Assembly: GCA_964016885.1 (NCBI GenBank) | Contig: OZ024740.1 | Coordinates: 29,574,001 to 29,638,000 of the forward strand | Source of the DNA: Eledone cirrhosa | Taxonomy: Eukaryota | DNA: 64,000 nucleotides | Reading direction: 5' to 3' | Part shown: positions 49,201 through 64,000 of the stretch, in pieces | How the letters are laid out: each line of letters starts with the position of its first letter | Numbering within the stretch: the first letter of the stretch is position 1 | Program-made: the position numbers and the translations under genes | Notes under the pieces: generated by a model | Databases searched by the model: none | The model's input: only the letters and a program-made list of their open reading frames with translations | What the model was told of the DNA's origin: nothing

Positions 49201-52200
49201 GCCCAAACCTCTGCCTTAGTGTCACTGTGACATAGTACAGACACATCCCAAACCTCTGCCTTAGGGTCCCTGTGTCATAGTACAGACACAGCCCAAAACT
49301 CTGCCTTAGGGTCTTCCTGTAACATAGTACAGACACAGCCTAAACCTCTGCCTTAGGGTCCCTGTGACATAGTACAGACACAGACCAAAACTCTGCCTTA
49401 GGGTCCCTGTGACATAGTACAGACACAGCCTAAACCTCTGCATTAGGGTCCCTGTAACATAGTACAGACACAGCCCAAAACTCTGCCTTAGTGTCCCTAT
49501 GACATAGTACCGACACAGCCTAAATCTCTGCCTTATGGTCCCTCTGACATAGTACAGACACAGCCCAAAACTCTGCATTAGAGTCCCTATGACATAGTAC
49601 AGACACAGCCCAAACCTCTGCCTTAGTGTCCCTATGACATAGTACAGACACAGCCCAAAACTCTGCCTTAGGGTCCCTGTGACATAGTACAGACACGGCC
49701 CAAACCTCTGCCTTAGGGTCCCTGTAACATAGTACAGACACAGACCAAAACTCTGCCTGAGTGTCCCTGTGACATAGTACAGACACGGCCCAAACCTCTG
49801 CCTTAGGGTCCCTGTAACATAGTACAGACACAACCCAAATCTCTGCCTTATGGTCCCTCTGACATAGTACAGACACAGCCCAAATCTCTGCCTTATGGTC
49901 CCTCTGACATAGTACAGACACAGCCCAAACCTCTGCATTAGGGTCCCTGTCACATATTACAGATACAGACCAAACCTCTGCCCTAGTGTCCCTGTGACAT
50001 AGTACAGACACAGCCCAAACCTCTGCCTTAGGGATACTGTGACATATTACAGACACAGCCCAAACCACTGCCTTAGGGTCCCTGTGACATAGTACAGACA
50101 CAGACAAAACTCTGCGTTAGGGTCCCTGTGACATAGTACCGACACAGCCCAAACCACTGCCTTAGGGTCCCTGTGTCATAGTACAGACACAGCCCAAACA
50201 TCTGCCTTAGGTTCCCTCTGACATAGTACAGACACAGCCCAAAACTCTGCCTTAGTGTCCCTGTGACATAGTACAGACACAGCCCAAACATCTGCCTTAG
50301 GTTCCCTCTGACATAGTACAGACACAGCCCAAAACTCTGCCTTAGGGTCCCTGTGACATAGTACAGACACAACCCAAAACTCTGCATTAGGGTCCCTGTC
50401 ACATAGTACAGACACAGCCCAAACCTCTGCCCTAGTATCCCTGTGACATCGTACAGAAACATCCCAAAACTCTGCCTTAGTGTCCCTGTCACATAATACA
50501 GACACAGCCCAAAACTCTGCCATAGTGTCCCTGTCACATTGTACAGACACAGCCCAGACATCTGCCTTAGGTTCCATGTGACATAGTATAGACACGGCCC
50601 AAAACTCTGCCTTAGGGTCCCTGTGACATAGTACAGACACAGCGCAAAACTCCGCCTTAGTGTCCCTATGAATTAGTACCGACACAGCCCAAGCCTCTGC
50701 TTAGGGACCCTGTAACATAGTACAGACACATCCCAAACCTCTGCCTTAGGGTCCCTGTGACATAGTACATACACAGCCCAGACATAGTACAGACACAGCC
50801 CAAACTCTGTCTCAGGGTCACTGTGATTTAGTACAGACACAGCTAAAACCTCTGCCTTAGGGATACTGTGACATAGTACAGACACAGCCGAAAACTCTGC
50901 CTTAATGTCCCTGTGACATAATACAGACACTGCCCAAAACTCTGCCTAAGGGTCCCTGTGACATAGTACAGACACAGCCCAAACCTCTGCCTTAGGGTCC
51001 CTGTCACATAGTACAGACACAGCCCAAACCTCTGCCTTAGGGTCCCTGTGACATAGTACAGACACAGCCCAAACCCCTGCCTTAGTGTCCCTGTGACATA
51101 GTACAGACACAGCCCAATCCTCTGTCTTAGTGTCCCTGTGACATAGTACAGACAGCCCAACACTCCGCCTTAGGGTTCCTGTGACATAGTACAGACACAG
51201 CCCAAAACTTTTCCTTAGTGTCCCTATGACATAGTACAGACACAACCCAAACCACTGCCTTAGGGTCCCTGTGTCCTAGTACAGACACAGCCCAAACGTC
51301 TGCCTTAGGGTCCGTGTAACATAGTACAGACACAGACCAAAACTCTGCGTTAGGGTCCCTGTGACAGAGTACAGACACAGCCTAAACATCTGCCTTACGT
51401 TCCCTGTGACTTAGTACAGACAGCCCAAACCTCTGCCTTAGTGTCCCTGTGACATAGTACAGACAGAGCCTAAACCACTGCCTTAGGGTCCCTGTCACAT
51501 ATTACAGATACAGACCAAACCTCTGCCTTAGTGTCCCTGTGACATAGTACAGACACAGCCCAAAACTCTGCCTTAGTGTCCCTGTGACATAGTACAGACA
51601 CAGACCAAAACTCTGCCTTAGGGTCCCTGTGACATAGTACAGACACAGCCCAAACCTCTGCCTTAGTGTCCCTGTGACGTAGTACAGACACAGCCCAAAC
51701 CTCTGCCTTAATCTCCCTGTGACATAGTACAGACACAGCCTAAACCTCTGCCTTATGGTCCCTGTCACATATTACAGATACAGACCAAACCTCTGCCCTA
51801 GTGTCCCTGTGACATAGTACAGACACAACCCAAACATCTGCCATAGTGTCCCTGTCAAATTGTACAGACACAACCCAAACGTCTGCCTTAGGTTCCCTGT
51901 GACATAGTACAGACACATCCCAAACCTCGGCATTATGGTCCCTGTGACATGGTACAGACACAGCCAAAACCTCTGCCTTAGGGTCCGTGTGACATAGTAC
52001 AGACACAGCCCAAACCTCTGCCTTAGGGTCCCTGTGTCATAGTACAAACACAGCCCAAACCTCTGCCTTAGTGTCCATGTGACATAGTACAAACACAGCC
52101 CAAACCTCTGCCTTAGTGTCCATGTGACATAGTACAGACACAGCACAAACCTCTGCCTTAGTGTCCCTGTGTCATAGTACAAACACAGCCCAAACCTCTG

Positions 52201-55200
52201 CCTTAGTGTCCATGTGACATAGTACAGACACAGCCTAAACATCTTCCTTAGGTTCCCTGTGTCTTAGTACAGACACAGCCCAAACCTCTGCCTTACGGTC
52301 CCTGTGACATAGTACAGACACAGCCCAAACCTCTGCCTTAGGGTCCCTGTGACATAGTACAGACACAGCCCAAACCTCTGCCTAAGGGTCCCTGTAACAT
52401 AGTACAGACACAGCCTAAACATCTGCCTTATGGTCCCTGTGACATAGTACAGACACAGACCAAAACTCTGCCTTAGGGTCCCTGTGACATAGTACAGACA
52501 CAGCCCAAACCTCTGCCTTAGTCTCCCTGTGACATAGTACAGACAGCCTAAACCTCTGCCTTATGGTCCCTGTCACATATTACAGATACAGACCAAATCT
52601 CTGCCCTAGTGTCCCTGTGACATAGTACAGACACAGCCCAAACATCTGCCTTAAGGTCCCTGTCACATATTACAGACACAGCCCAAACCTCTGCCTTAGG
52701 TTCCCTGTGACATAGTACAGACACATACCAAACCTCTGCCTTAGGGTCCCTGTGACATAGTACAGACACAGCCCAAAACTCTGCCTTTGTGTCCCTATGG
52801 CATCGTACAGACACAGCCCAAACCTCTGCCTCAGGGTCACTGTGACATAGTACAGACACATCCCAAACCTCTGCCTTAGGGTCCCTGTGTCATAGTACAG
52901 ACACAGCCCAAAACTCTGCCTTAGGGTCTTCCTGTAACATAGTACAGACACAGCCTAAACCTCTGCCTTAGGGTCCCTGTGACATAGTACAGACACAGAC
53001 CAAAACTCTGCCTTAGGGTCCCTGTGACATAGTACAGACACAGCCTAAACCTCTGCATTAGGGTCCCTGTAACATAGTACAGACACAGCCCAAAACTCTG
53101 CCTTAGTGTCCCTATGACATAGTACCGACACAGCCTAAATCTCTGCCTTATGGTCCCTCTGACATAGTACAGACACAGCCCAAAACTCTGCATTAGAGTC
53201 CCTATGACATAGTACAGACACAGCCCAAACCTCTGCCTTAGTGTCCCTATGACATAGTACAGACACAGCCCAAAACTCTGCCTTAGGGTCCCTGTGACAT
53301 AGTACAGACACGGCCCAAACCTCTGCCTTAGGGTCCCTGTAACATAGTACAGACACAGCCCAAAACTCTGCCTGAGTGTCCCTGTGACATAGTACAGACA
53401 CGGCCCAAACCTCTGCCTTAGGGTCCCTGTAACATAGTACAGACACAACCCAAATCTCTGCCTTATGGTCCCTCTGACATAGTACAGACACAGCCCAAAT
53501 CTCTGCCTTATGGTCCCTCTGACATAGTACAGACACAGCCCAAACCTCTGCATTAGGGTCCCTGTCACATATTACAGATACAGACCAAACCTCTGCCCTA
53601 GTGTCCCTGTGACATAGTACAGACACAGCCCAAACCTCTGCCTTAGGGATCCTGTGACATATTACAGACACAGCCCAAACCACTGCCTTAGGGTCCCTGT
53701 GACATAGTACAGACACAGACAAAACTCTGCGTTAGGGTCCCTGTGACATAGTACCGACACAGCCCAAACCACTGCCTTAGGGTCCCTGTGTCATAGTACA
53801 GACACAGCCCAAACATCTGCCTTAGGTTCCCTCTGACATAGTACAGACACAGCCCAAAACTCTGCCTTAGTGTCCCTGTGACATAGTACAGACACAGCCC
53901 AAACATCTGCCTTAGGTTCCCTCTGACATAGTACAGACACAGCCCAAAACTCTGCCTTAAGGTCCCTGTGACATAGTACAGACACAACCCAAAACTCTGC
54001 ATTAGGGTCCCTGTCACATAGTACAGACACAGCCCAAACCTCTGCCCTAGTATCCCTGTGACATCGTACAGAAACATCCCAAAACTCTGCCTTAGTGTCC
54101 CTGTCACATAATACAGACACAGCCCAAACCTCTGCCATAGTGTCCCTGTCACATTGTACAGACACAGCCCAAACATCTGCCTTAGGTTCCATGTGACATA
54201 GTATAGACACGGCCCAAAACTCTGCCTTAGGGTCCCTGTGACATAGTACAGACACAGCGCAAAACTCCGCCTTAGTGTCCCTATGAATTAGTACCGACAC
54301 AGCCCAAACCTCTGCTTAGGGACCCTGTAACATAGTACAGACACATCCCAAACCTCTGCCTTAGGGTCCCTGTGACATAGTACATACACAGCCCAGACAT
54401 AGTACAGACACAGCCCAAACTCTGCCTCAGGGTCACTGTGATTTAGTACAGACACAGCTAAAACCTCTGCCTTAGGGATACTGTGACATAGTACAGACAC
54501 AGCCCAAAACTCTGCCTTAGTGTCCCTGTGACATAGTACAGACACTGCCAAACCTCTGCCTTAGGGTCCCTGTGACATAGTACAGACACAGCCCAAACCT
54601 CTGCCTTAGGGTCCCTGTCACATAGTACAGACACAGCCCAAACCTCTGCCTTAGGGTCCCTGTGAATTAGTACAGACACAGCACAAATCTCTGCCTTAGT
54701 GTCCCTGTGACATAGTACAAACACAGCTAAAACCTCTGCCTTAGGGATACTGTGACATAGTACAGACACAGCCGAAAACTCTGCCTTAGTGTCCCTGTGA
54801 CATAATACAGACACTGCCCAAAACTCTGCCTTAGGGTCCCTGTGACATAGTACAGACACAGCCCAAACCTCTGCCTTAGGGTCCCTGTCACATAGTACAG
54901 ACACAGCCCAAACCTCTGCCTTAGTGTCCCTGTGACAAAGTACAGACACAGCTCAAACCTCTACCTTAGTGTCCCTGTGACATAGTACAGACAGCCCAAA
55001 ACACCCCTTAGGGTTCCTGTGACATAGTACAGACACAGCCCAAAACTCTGCCTTAGTGTCCCTATGACATAGTACAGACACAGCCCAAACCACTGCCTTA
55101 GGGTCCCTGTGTCGTAGTACAGACACAGCCCAAAACTCTGCATTAGGTTCCCTGTGACATAGTAAGGACACAGCCTAAACATCTGCCTTAGGGTCCCTGT

Positions 55201-58200
55201 GACATAGTACAGACACAGCCCAAACCTCTGCCTTAGGGTCCCTGTGACATAGTACAGACACATCCCAAACCTCTGCCTTAGGGTCCCTGTGACATAGTAC
55301 AGACACATCCCAAACCTCTGCCTTAGTGTCCCTGTGACATAGTACAGACACAGCCCAAACATCTGCCTTAGGGTGCCTGTGACATAGTACAGACACAGCC
55401 CAAACCTCTGCCTTAGTGTCCCTGTCACATAATACAGACACAGTCCAAACCTGTGCCATAGTGTCCCTGTCACGTTGTACAGGCACAGCCCAAACATCTG
55501 CCTTAGGTTCCATGTGACATAGTACAGACACGGCCCCAACCTCTGCATTAGCGTCCCTCTGGCATAGTAGAGACACAGCCCAAAACTCTGACTTAGGGTC
55601 CCTGTGACTTAGTACAGACACAGCCCCAAACCCTGCCTTAGCCTCCCTGTGACATAGTACAGACACAGCCCAAAACTCTGCCTTAGAATCCCTGTGACAT
55701 AGTACAGACACAGCTCAAAACTCTGCCTTGGTGTCCCTGTGACATAGTACAGAAACAGACCAAACCTCTGCTGTAGAGTCCCTATGACTTAATACAGACA
55801 CAGCACAAACCTCTGCCTTAGAGTCCCTGTGACATAGTAGAGACACAGCCCAAACCTCTGCCTTAGGGTCCCTGTGACATAGTACAGACACATCCCAAAC
55901 CTCTGCCTTAGTGTCCCTGTGACATAGTACAGACACAGCCCAATCATCTGCCTCGGGTTCCCTGTGACATAGTACAGACACAGCCCAAACCTCTGCCTTA
56001 GGGTCCCTGTGACATAGTACAGACACATCCCAAACCTCTGCCTTAGTGTCCCTGTGACATAGTACAGACACAGCCCAAACATCTGCCTTAGGGTCCCTGT
56101 CACATATTACAGACACAGCCCAAAACTCTGCCTTAGGTTCCCTGTGTCATAGTACAGACACAGCCCAAAACTCTGCCTTAGTGTCCCTGTGACATAGTAC
56201 AGACACTGCCAAACCTCGGCCTTAGGGTCCCTGTGACATAGTACAGACACAGCCCAAACCTCTGACTTAGTGTCCCTGTGACATAGTACAGACACTGCCA
56301 AACCTCTGCCTTAGGGTCCCTGTGACATAGTACAAACACAGCTAAAACCTCTGCCTTAGGAATACTGTGACATAGTACAGACACAGCCCAAAACTCTGCC
56401 TTAGTGTCCCTGTGACATAGTACAGACACTGCCAAACCTCTGCCTTAGGGTCCCTGTGACATAGTACAGACACAGCCCAAACCTCTGCCTTAGGGTCCCT
56501 GTCACATAGTACAGACACAGCCCAAACCTCTGCCTTAGGGTCCCTGTGAATTAGTACAGACACAGCACAAATCTCTGCCTTAGTGTCCCTGTGACATAGT
56601 ACAAACACAGCTAAAACCTCTGCCTTAGGGATACTGTGACATAGTACAGACACAGCCCAAAACTCTGCCTTCGTGTCCCTGTGACATAGTACAGACACTG
56701 CCCAAACCTCTGCCTTAGGGTCCCTGTGACATAGTACAGACACAGCCCAAACCTCTGCCTTAGGGTCCCTGTCACATAGTACAGACACATCCCAAACCTC
56801 TGCCTTAGTGTCCCTGTGACAAAGTACAGACACAGCTCAAACCTCTACCTTAGTGTCCCTGTGACATAGTACAGACAGCCCAAAACACCCCTTAGGGTTC
56901 CTGTGACATAGTACAGACACAGCCCAAAACTCTGCCTTAGTGTCCCTATGACATAGTACAGACACAGCCCAAACCACTGCCTTAGGGTCCCTGTGTCGTA
57001 GTACAGACACAGCCCAAAACTCTGCATTAGGGTCCCTGTGACATAGTAAGGACACAGCCTAAACATCTGCCTTAGGGTCCCTGTGACATAGTACAGACAC
57101 AGCCCAAACCTCTGCCTTAGGGTCCCTGTGACATAGTACAGACACATCCCAAACCTCTGCCTTAGGGTCCCTGTGACATAGTACAGACACATCCCAAACC
57201 TCTGCCTTTGTGTCCCTGTGACATAGTACAGACACAGCCCAAACATCTGCCTTAGGGTCCCTGTCACATATTACAAACACAGACCAAACTTCTGCCCTAG
57301 TGTCCCTGTCACATAATACAGACACAGCCCAAACATCTGCCGTAGGGTCCCTGTGACATAGTACAGACACAGCCCAAACCTCTGACTTAGGGTCCCTGTG
57401 ATTTAGTACAGACACATCCCAAACCTCTGCCTTTGTGTCCCTGTGACATAGTACAGACACAGCCCAAACATCTGCCGTAGGGTCCCTGTGACATAGTACA
57501 GACACATCCCAAACCTCTGCCTTAGTGTCCCTGTCACATAATACATACACAACCCAAACATCTGCCGTAGGGTCCCTGTGACATAGTACAGACACAGCTC
57601 AAACCTCTGACTTAGGGTCCCTGTGACTTAGTACAGACGCAGCACAAATCTCTGCCTTAGTGTCCCTGTGACATAGTACAAACACAGCTAAAACCTCTGC
57701 CTTAGGGTCCCTGTGACATAGTACAGACACAGCCCAATCCACTGCCTTAGGGTCCCTGTGAATATGTACAGACACAGACCAAAACTGTGCCTTAGTGTCC
57801 CTGTGACATAGTACAGACACAGCCCAAACATCTGCCTAGGTTCCCTCTGACATAGTACAGACACAGCCCAAAACTCTGCATTAGGGTCCCTGTCACATAT
57901 TACAGATACAGACCAAACCTCTGCCCTAGTGTCCCTGTCACATTGTACAGACACAACCCAAACATCTGCCTTAGGTTCCATGTGACATAGTACAGACACG
58001 GCCCAAAACTCTGCCTTAGGGTCCCTGTGACATAGAACAGACACATCCCAAACCTCGGCCTTAGGGTCCATGTGACATAGTACAGACACAGCCCAAACCT
58101 ATGCCTTAGTGTACCTGTGACATAGTACAGACACATCCCAAACCTCTGCCTTAGGGTCCCTGTGAATTAGTACAGACACAGAACAAACCTCTGCGGTAGT

Positions 58201-61200
58201 GTCTCTGTGACATAGTACAAACACAGCCCAAACCTCTGCCTTAGTGTCCCTGTGACATAGTACAGACAGCCCAAAACTCCGGCTTAGGGTTCCTGTCATA
58301 TAGAACAGACACAGCCCAAACCACTGCCTTAGGTTCGCTGTGTCATAGTACAGACACAGCCAAAACCTCTGCCATAGGGTCCCTGTGACATAGTACAGAC
58401 AAAGACCAAAACTCTGCCTTATGGTCCCAATCATATAGTACAGACACAGCCCAAACCACTGCCTTAGGGTCCCTGTGTCATAGTACAGACACAGTCCAAA
58501 ACTCTGCCTTAGTGTCCCTGTGACATAGTACAGACACAGCCCAAACATCTGCCTTAGGTTCCCTCTGACATAGTACAGACACAGCCCAAACCTCTGCCTT
58601 AGGGTCCCTGTAACATAGTACAAACAGCCTAAACATCTGCTTAGGTTCCCTCTGACATAGTACAGACACGGCCCAAAACTCTGCCTTAGGGTCCCTGTGA
58701 CATAGTACAGACACAGCCCAAAACTCTGCCTTATGGTTCCTGTCATATAGTACAGACACAGCCCAAACCACTGCCATAGGGTCCCTGTGTCATAGTACAG
58801 GCACAGCCCAAAACTCTGCCTTAGTGTCCCTGTGACATAGTACAGACACAGCCCAAACATCTGCCTTAGGTTCCCTCTGACATAGTACAGACACAGCCCA
58901 AAACTCTGCCTTAGGTTCCCTGTGACATAGTACAGACACAACCCAAAACTCTGCATTAGGGTCCCTGTCACATATTACAGATACAGACCAAACCTCTGCC
59001 CTAGTGTCCCTGTGACATAGTACAGACACATCCCAAACCTCTGCTTTAGGGTCCCTGTCACATAATACAGACACAGACCAAAACTTTGCCATAGTGTCCC
59101 TGTCACATTGTACAGACACAACCCAAACATCTGCCTTAGGTTCCATGTGACTTAGTACCGACACAGCCCAAACCTCTGCTTAGGGTCCCTGTGACATAGT
59201 ACAGACACATCCCAAACCTCTGCATTAGGGTCCCTGTGACATAGTACAGACACAGCCCAAACCTCTGCCTTAGGGTCCGTGTGACATAGTACAGACACAT
59301 CCCAAACCTCTGCCTTAGTGTCCCTGTGACATAGTACAGACACATCCCAAACCTCTGCCTTAGCGTCCCTGTGAATTAGTACAGACACAGCACAAACCTC
59401 TTCCTTAGTGTCCCTGTGACATAGTACAAACACAGCCCAAACCTCTTCCTTAGTGTCCCTGTGACATAGTACAAACACAGCCCAAACCTCTGCCTTAGGG
59501 ATACTGTGACATAGTACAGACACAGCCGAAACTCTGCCTTAGTGTCCATGTGACATAGTACAGACACAGCCTAAACATCTGCCTTAGGTTCCCTGTGACT
59601 TAGTACAGACACAGCCCAAACCTCTGCCTTACGGTCCCTGTGACATAGTACAGACACAGCCCAAACCTCTGCCTTAGGGTCACTGTGACATAGTACAGAC
59701 ACAGCCCAAACCTCTGCCTTAGTGTCCCTGTGACATATTACAGACAGCCCAAAACTCCGGCTTAGGGTTCCTGTGACATAGTACAGACACAGCCCAAAAC
59801 TCTGCCTTAGTGTCCCTATGACATAGTACAGACACAGCCCAAACCACTGCCTTAGGTTCGCTGTGTCATAGTACAGACACAGCCCAAACCTCTTACATAG
59901 GGTCCCTGTGACATAGTACAGACACAGACCAAAACTCTGCCTTAGGGTCCCTCTGACATAGTACAGACACAACCCAAACATCTGCCTTAGGTTCCATCTG
60001 ACATAGTACAGACACAGCCCTAAACTCTGCCTTAGGTTCCCTGTGACATAGTACAGACACAACCCAAAACTCTGCATTAGTGTCCCTGTCACATATTACA
60101 AATACAGACCAAACCTCTGCCCTAGTGTCCCTGTGACATAGTACAGACACATCCCAAAACTCTGCCTTAGTGTCCCTGTCACATAATACAGACACAGCCC
60201 AAACCTCTGCCATAGTGTCCCTGTCACTTCGTACAGACACAGCCCAAACATCTGCCTTAGGTTCCATGTGACATAGTACAGACACGGCCTAAAACTCCGC
60301 CTTAGTGTCCCTGTGAATTAGTACCGACACAGCCCAAACCTCTGCTTAGGGTCCCTGTGACATAGTACATACACAGCCCAAACCTCTCCCTTAGGGGGCG
60401 TGTGACATAGTACAGACACAGCCCAATCCTCTGCTTTAGGGTCTCTATGACATAGTACAGACACATCCCAAACCTCCGCCTTAGTGTCCCTGTGACATAG
60501 TACAGACACAGCCCAAACTTCTGCCTTAGTGTCCCTCTGATATATTACAGACACAGCCCAAACTCTGCCTTAGGGTCCCTGTGATTTAGTACAGACACAG
60601 CCCAATCCACTGCCTTAGGGTCCCTGTGACATAGTACAGACACAGCCCAAACCTCTGCCGTAGGGTCTTCCTGTAGCATAGTACAGACACAGCCTAAACC
60701 TCTGCCTTAGGGTCCCTGTGACATAGTACAGACACAGACCAAAACTCTGCCTTAGGGTCCCTGTGACATAGTACAGACACAGCCTAAACATCTGCCTTAG
60801 GTTCCCTGTGATTAGTACAGACAGCCCAAACCTCTGCCTTAGTGTCCCTGTGACATAGTTCAGACAGACAAAACTCCGCCTTAGGGTTCCTGTGACATAG
60901 TACAGACACAGCCCAAAACTCTGCCTTAGTGTCCCTATGACATAGTACAGACACAGCCCAAACCACTGCCTTAGGGTCCCTGTGTCATAGTACAGACACA
61001 GCCCAAACCTATGCCTTATGGTCCCTGTAACATAGTACAGACACAGCCTAAACATCTGCCTTAGGGTCCCTGTGACATAGTACAGACACAGACCAAACCT
61101 CTGACTTAGTGTCCCTGTGACATAGTACAGACAGCCTAAACCTCTGCCTTATGGTCCCTGTCATATAGTACAGACACAGCCCAAACCACTGTCTTAGGGT

Positions 61201-64000
61201 CCCTGTGTCATAGTAAGGACACAGCCCAAACATCTGCCTTAGGTTCCCTCTGACATAGTACAGACACAGCCCAAAACTCTGCCTTAGGGTCCCTGTGACA
61301 TATTACAGATACAGAACAAACCTCTGACCTAGTGTCCCTGTCACATTGTACAGACACAGCCCAAAACTCTGCCTTAGTGTCCCTGTCACATAATACAGAC
61401 ACAGCCCAAACCTCTGCCATAGTGTCCCTGTCACATTGTACAGACACAGCCCAAACCTCTGCCTTAGGGTCCCTCTGATATATTACAGACACAGCCAAAA
61501 CTCTGCCTTAGGGTCCCCGTGATTTTGTACAGACACAGCCCAATCCACTGCCTTAGGGTCCCTGTGAATAAGTACAGACACAGCACAAACCTGTGCCTTA
61601 GAGACACAGCCTCTGACAAACCTCTGACATATTAGAGACACAGCCCAAAACTCTGACTTACGGTCCCTGTGACATAGTACAGACACAGCCCAAACCTCTG
61701 CCTTAGTGTCCCTGTGACATAGTACAGACAGCCCAAAACTCCGCCTTAGGGTTCCTGTGACATAGTACAGACACAGCCCAAAACTCTGCCTTAGTGTCCC
61801 TATGACATAGTACAGACACAGCCCAAACCACTGCCTTAGGGTCCCTGTTTCATAGTACAGACACAGCCCAAAACTCTGCCTTAGGGTCTCTGTGACATAG
61901 TACAGACACAGACCAAACCTCTGCCTTAGGGTCCCTGTGACATAGTACAGATACAGCCTAAACATCTGCCTTAGGTTCCCTGTGACTTAGTACAGACACA
62001 GCCCAAACCTCTGCCTTAGTGTCCCTGTAACATAGTACAGACAGACAAAACTCCGCCTTAGGGTTCCTGTGACATAGTACAGACACAGCCCAAAACTCTG
62101 CCTTAGTGTCCCTATGACATAGTACAGACACAGCCCAAACCTCTGCCTTAGTGTCCTTGTGACATAGTACAGACACAGCCCAAACCTCTGCCTTAGTGTC
62201 CCTGTGACATAGTACAGACAGCCCAAAACTCCGGCTTAGGGTTCCTGTGACATAGTACAGACACAGCCCAAAACTCTGCCTTAGTGTCCCTATGACATAG
62301 TACAGACACAGCCCAAACCACTGCCTTAGGTTCGCTGTGTCATAGTACAGACACAGCCCAAACCTCTTCCATAGGGTCCCTGTGACATAGTACAGACACA
62401 GACCAAAACTCTGCCTTAGGGTCCCTGTGACATAGTACAGACACAACCCAAAACTCTGCATTAGTGTCCCTGTCACATATTACAAATACAGACCAAACCT
62501 CTGCCCTAGTGTCCCTGTGACATAGTACAGACACATCCCAAAACTCTGCCTTAGTGTCCCTGTCACATAATACAGACACAGCCCAAACCTCTGCCATAGT
62601 GTCCCTGTCACTTCGTACAGACACAGCCCAAACATCTGCCTTAGGTTCCATGTGACATAGTACAGACACGGCCTAAAACTCCGCCTTAGTGTCCCTGTGA
62701 ATTAGTACCGACACAGCCCAAACCTCTGCTTAGGCTCCCTGTGACATAGTACATACACAGCCCAAACCTCTCCCTTAGGGGGCGTGTGACATAGTACAGA
62801 CACAGCCCAATCCTCTGCTTTAGGGTCTCTATGACATAGTACAGACACATCCCAAACCTCCGCCTTAGTGTCCCTGTGACTTAGTACCGACACAGCCCAA
62901 AACTCTACCTTAGTGTCCGTGTGACATAGTACAGACACGGCCCAAAACCCTGCCTTAGGGTCCCTGTGACATTGTACAGACACTGCCCAAAAACTCTGCC
63001 TTAGAATCCCTGTGAAATAGTACAGACACAGCCCAAAACTCTGCCTTAGTGTCCCTGTGACATAGTACAGACACAGCCCAAACCTCTGCCTTAGGGTCCC
63101 TCTGATATATTACAGACACAGCCCAAACTCTGCCTTAGGGTCCCTGTGATTTAGTACAGACACAGCCCAATCCACTGCCTTAGGGTCCCTGTGAATAAGT
63201 ACAGACAGAGCCCAAACCTGTGCCTTAGAGACACATCCTCTTACAAACCTCTGACATATTAGAGACACAGCCCAAAACTCTGACTTAGGGTCCCTGTGAC
63301 ATAGTACAGACACAGCCCAAACCTCTGCCGTAGGGTCTTCCTGTAGCATAGTACAGACACAGCCTAAACCTCTGCCTTAGGGTCCCTGTGACATAGTACA
63401 GACACAGACCAAAACTCTGCCTTAGGGTCCCTGTGACATAGTACAGACACAGCCTAAACATCTGCCTTAGGTTCCCTGTGATTAGTACAGACACAGCCCA
63501 AACCTCTGCCTTAGTGTCCCTGTGACATAGTACAGACAGACAAAACTCCGCCTTAGGGTTCCTGTGACATAGTACAGACACAGCCCAAAACTCTGCCTCA
63601 GTGTCCCTATGACATAGTACAGACAGCCTAAACCTCTGCCTTATGGTCCCTGTCATATAGTACAGACACAGCCCAAACCACTGCCTTAGGGTCCCTGTGT
63701 CATAGTACAGACACAGCCCAAAACTGTGCCTTAGTGTCCCTGTGACATAGTAAGGACACAGCCCAAACATCTGCCTTAGGTTCCCTCTGACATAGTACAG
63801 ACACAGCCCAAAACTCTGTCTTAGGGTCCCTGTGACATATTACAGATACAGAACAAACCTCTGCCCTAGTGTCCCTGTCACATTGTACAGACACAGCCCA
63901 AAACTCTGCCTTAGTGTCCCTGTCACATAATACAGACACAGCCCAAACCTCTGCCAATGTGTCCCTGTCACATTGTACAGACACAGCCCAAACCTCTGCC
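31240..64000. repeat. 45-bp tandem satellite, consensus gacatagtacagacacagcccaaacctctgccttagggtccctgt, ~730 monomers, runs off the window end
   Basis: Continuous 45-bp periodicity with recurrent variant monomers and occasional 1-2 bp indels. Confidence 0.98.

Noticed and set aside
31258-63984. Minus-strand ORFs with 15-aa repeats (VSVLCHRDPKAEVWA / LCLYYVTGTLRQRFG) as a giant repeat or zinc-binding protein
   Set aside because: A 45-bp unit keeps frames open by arithmetic. Frequent 1-2 bp indels swap frames and stops are scattered, so no frame is preserved.
31240-64000. CRISPR array
   Set aside because: Monomers are contiguous with no unique spacers, there are no cas genes, and the context is eukaryotic.

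Overview
Repeat-dominated animal genomic DNA with no confidently identifiable host gene; the SINE fragments and microsatellite content look cephalopod-like (inference). (1) 0.6-4.3 kb: two convergent relics resembling Penelope-like elements, built from tandem and inverted repeats. They carry five type I hammerhead-ribozyme motifs of two families: three with intact cores and two with mutated cores. (2) 6.5-26.4 kb: a same-strand, head-to-tail cluster of at least five Tx1/L1-clade non-LTR retrotransposons, each ending at a (TATC)n/(TATCTC)n tract. One copy is full-length and intact (ORF1 7612-9492, ORF2 9526-12963) and one has a clear 19-bp target-site duplication (TSD). (3) 27-31 kb: microsatellites, SINE fragments, an R4/Dong-like endonuclease fragment and a 40-bp minisatellite. 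(4) 31.24-64 kb: a >32 kb array of a 45-bp satellite, roughly 730 monomers, with nested kb-scale duplications. Most ORFs in the supplied track are artefacts of simple repeats.
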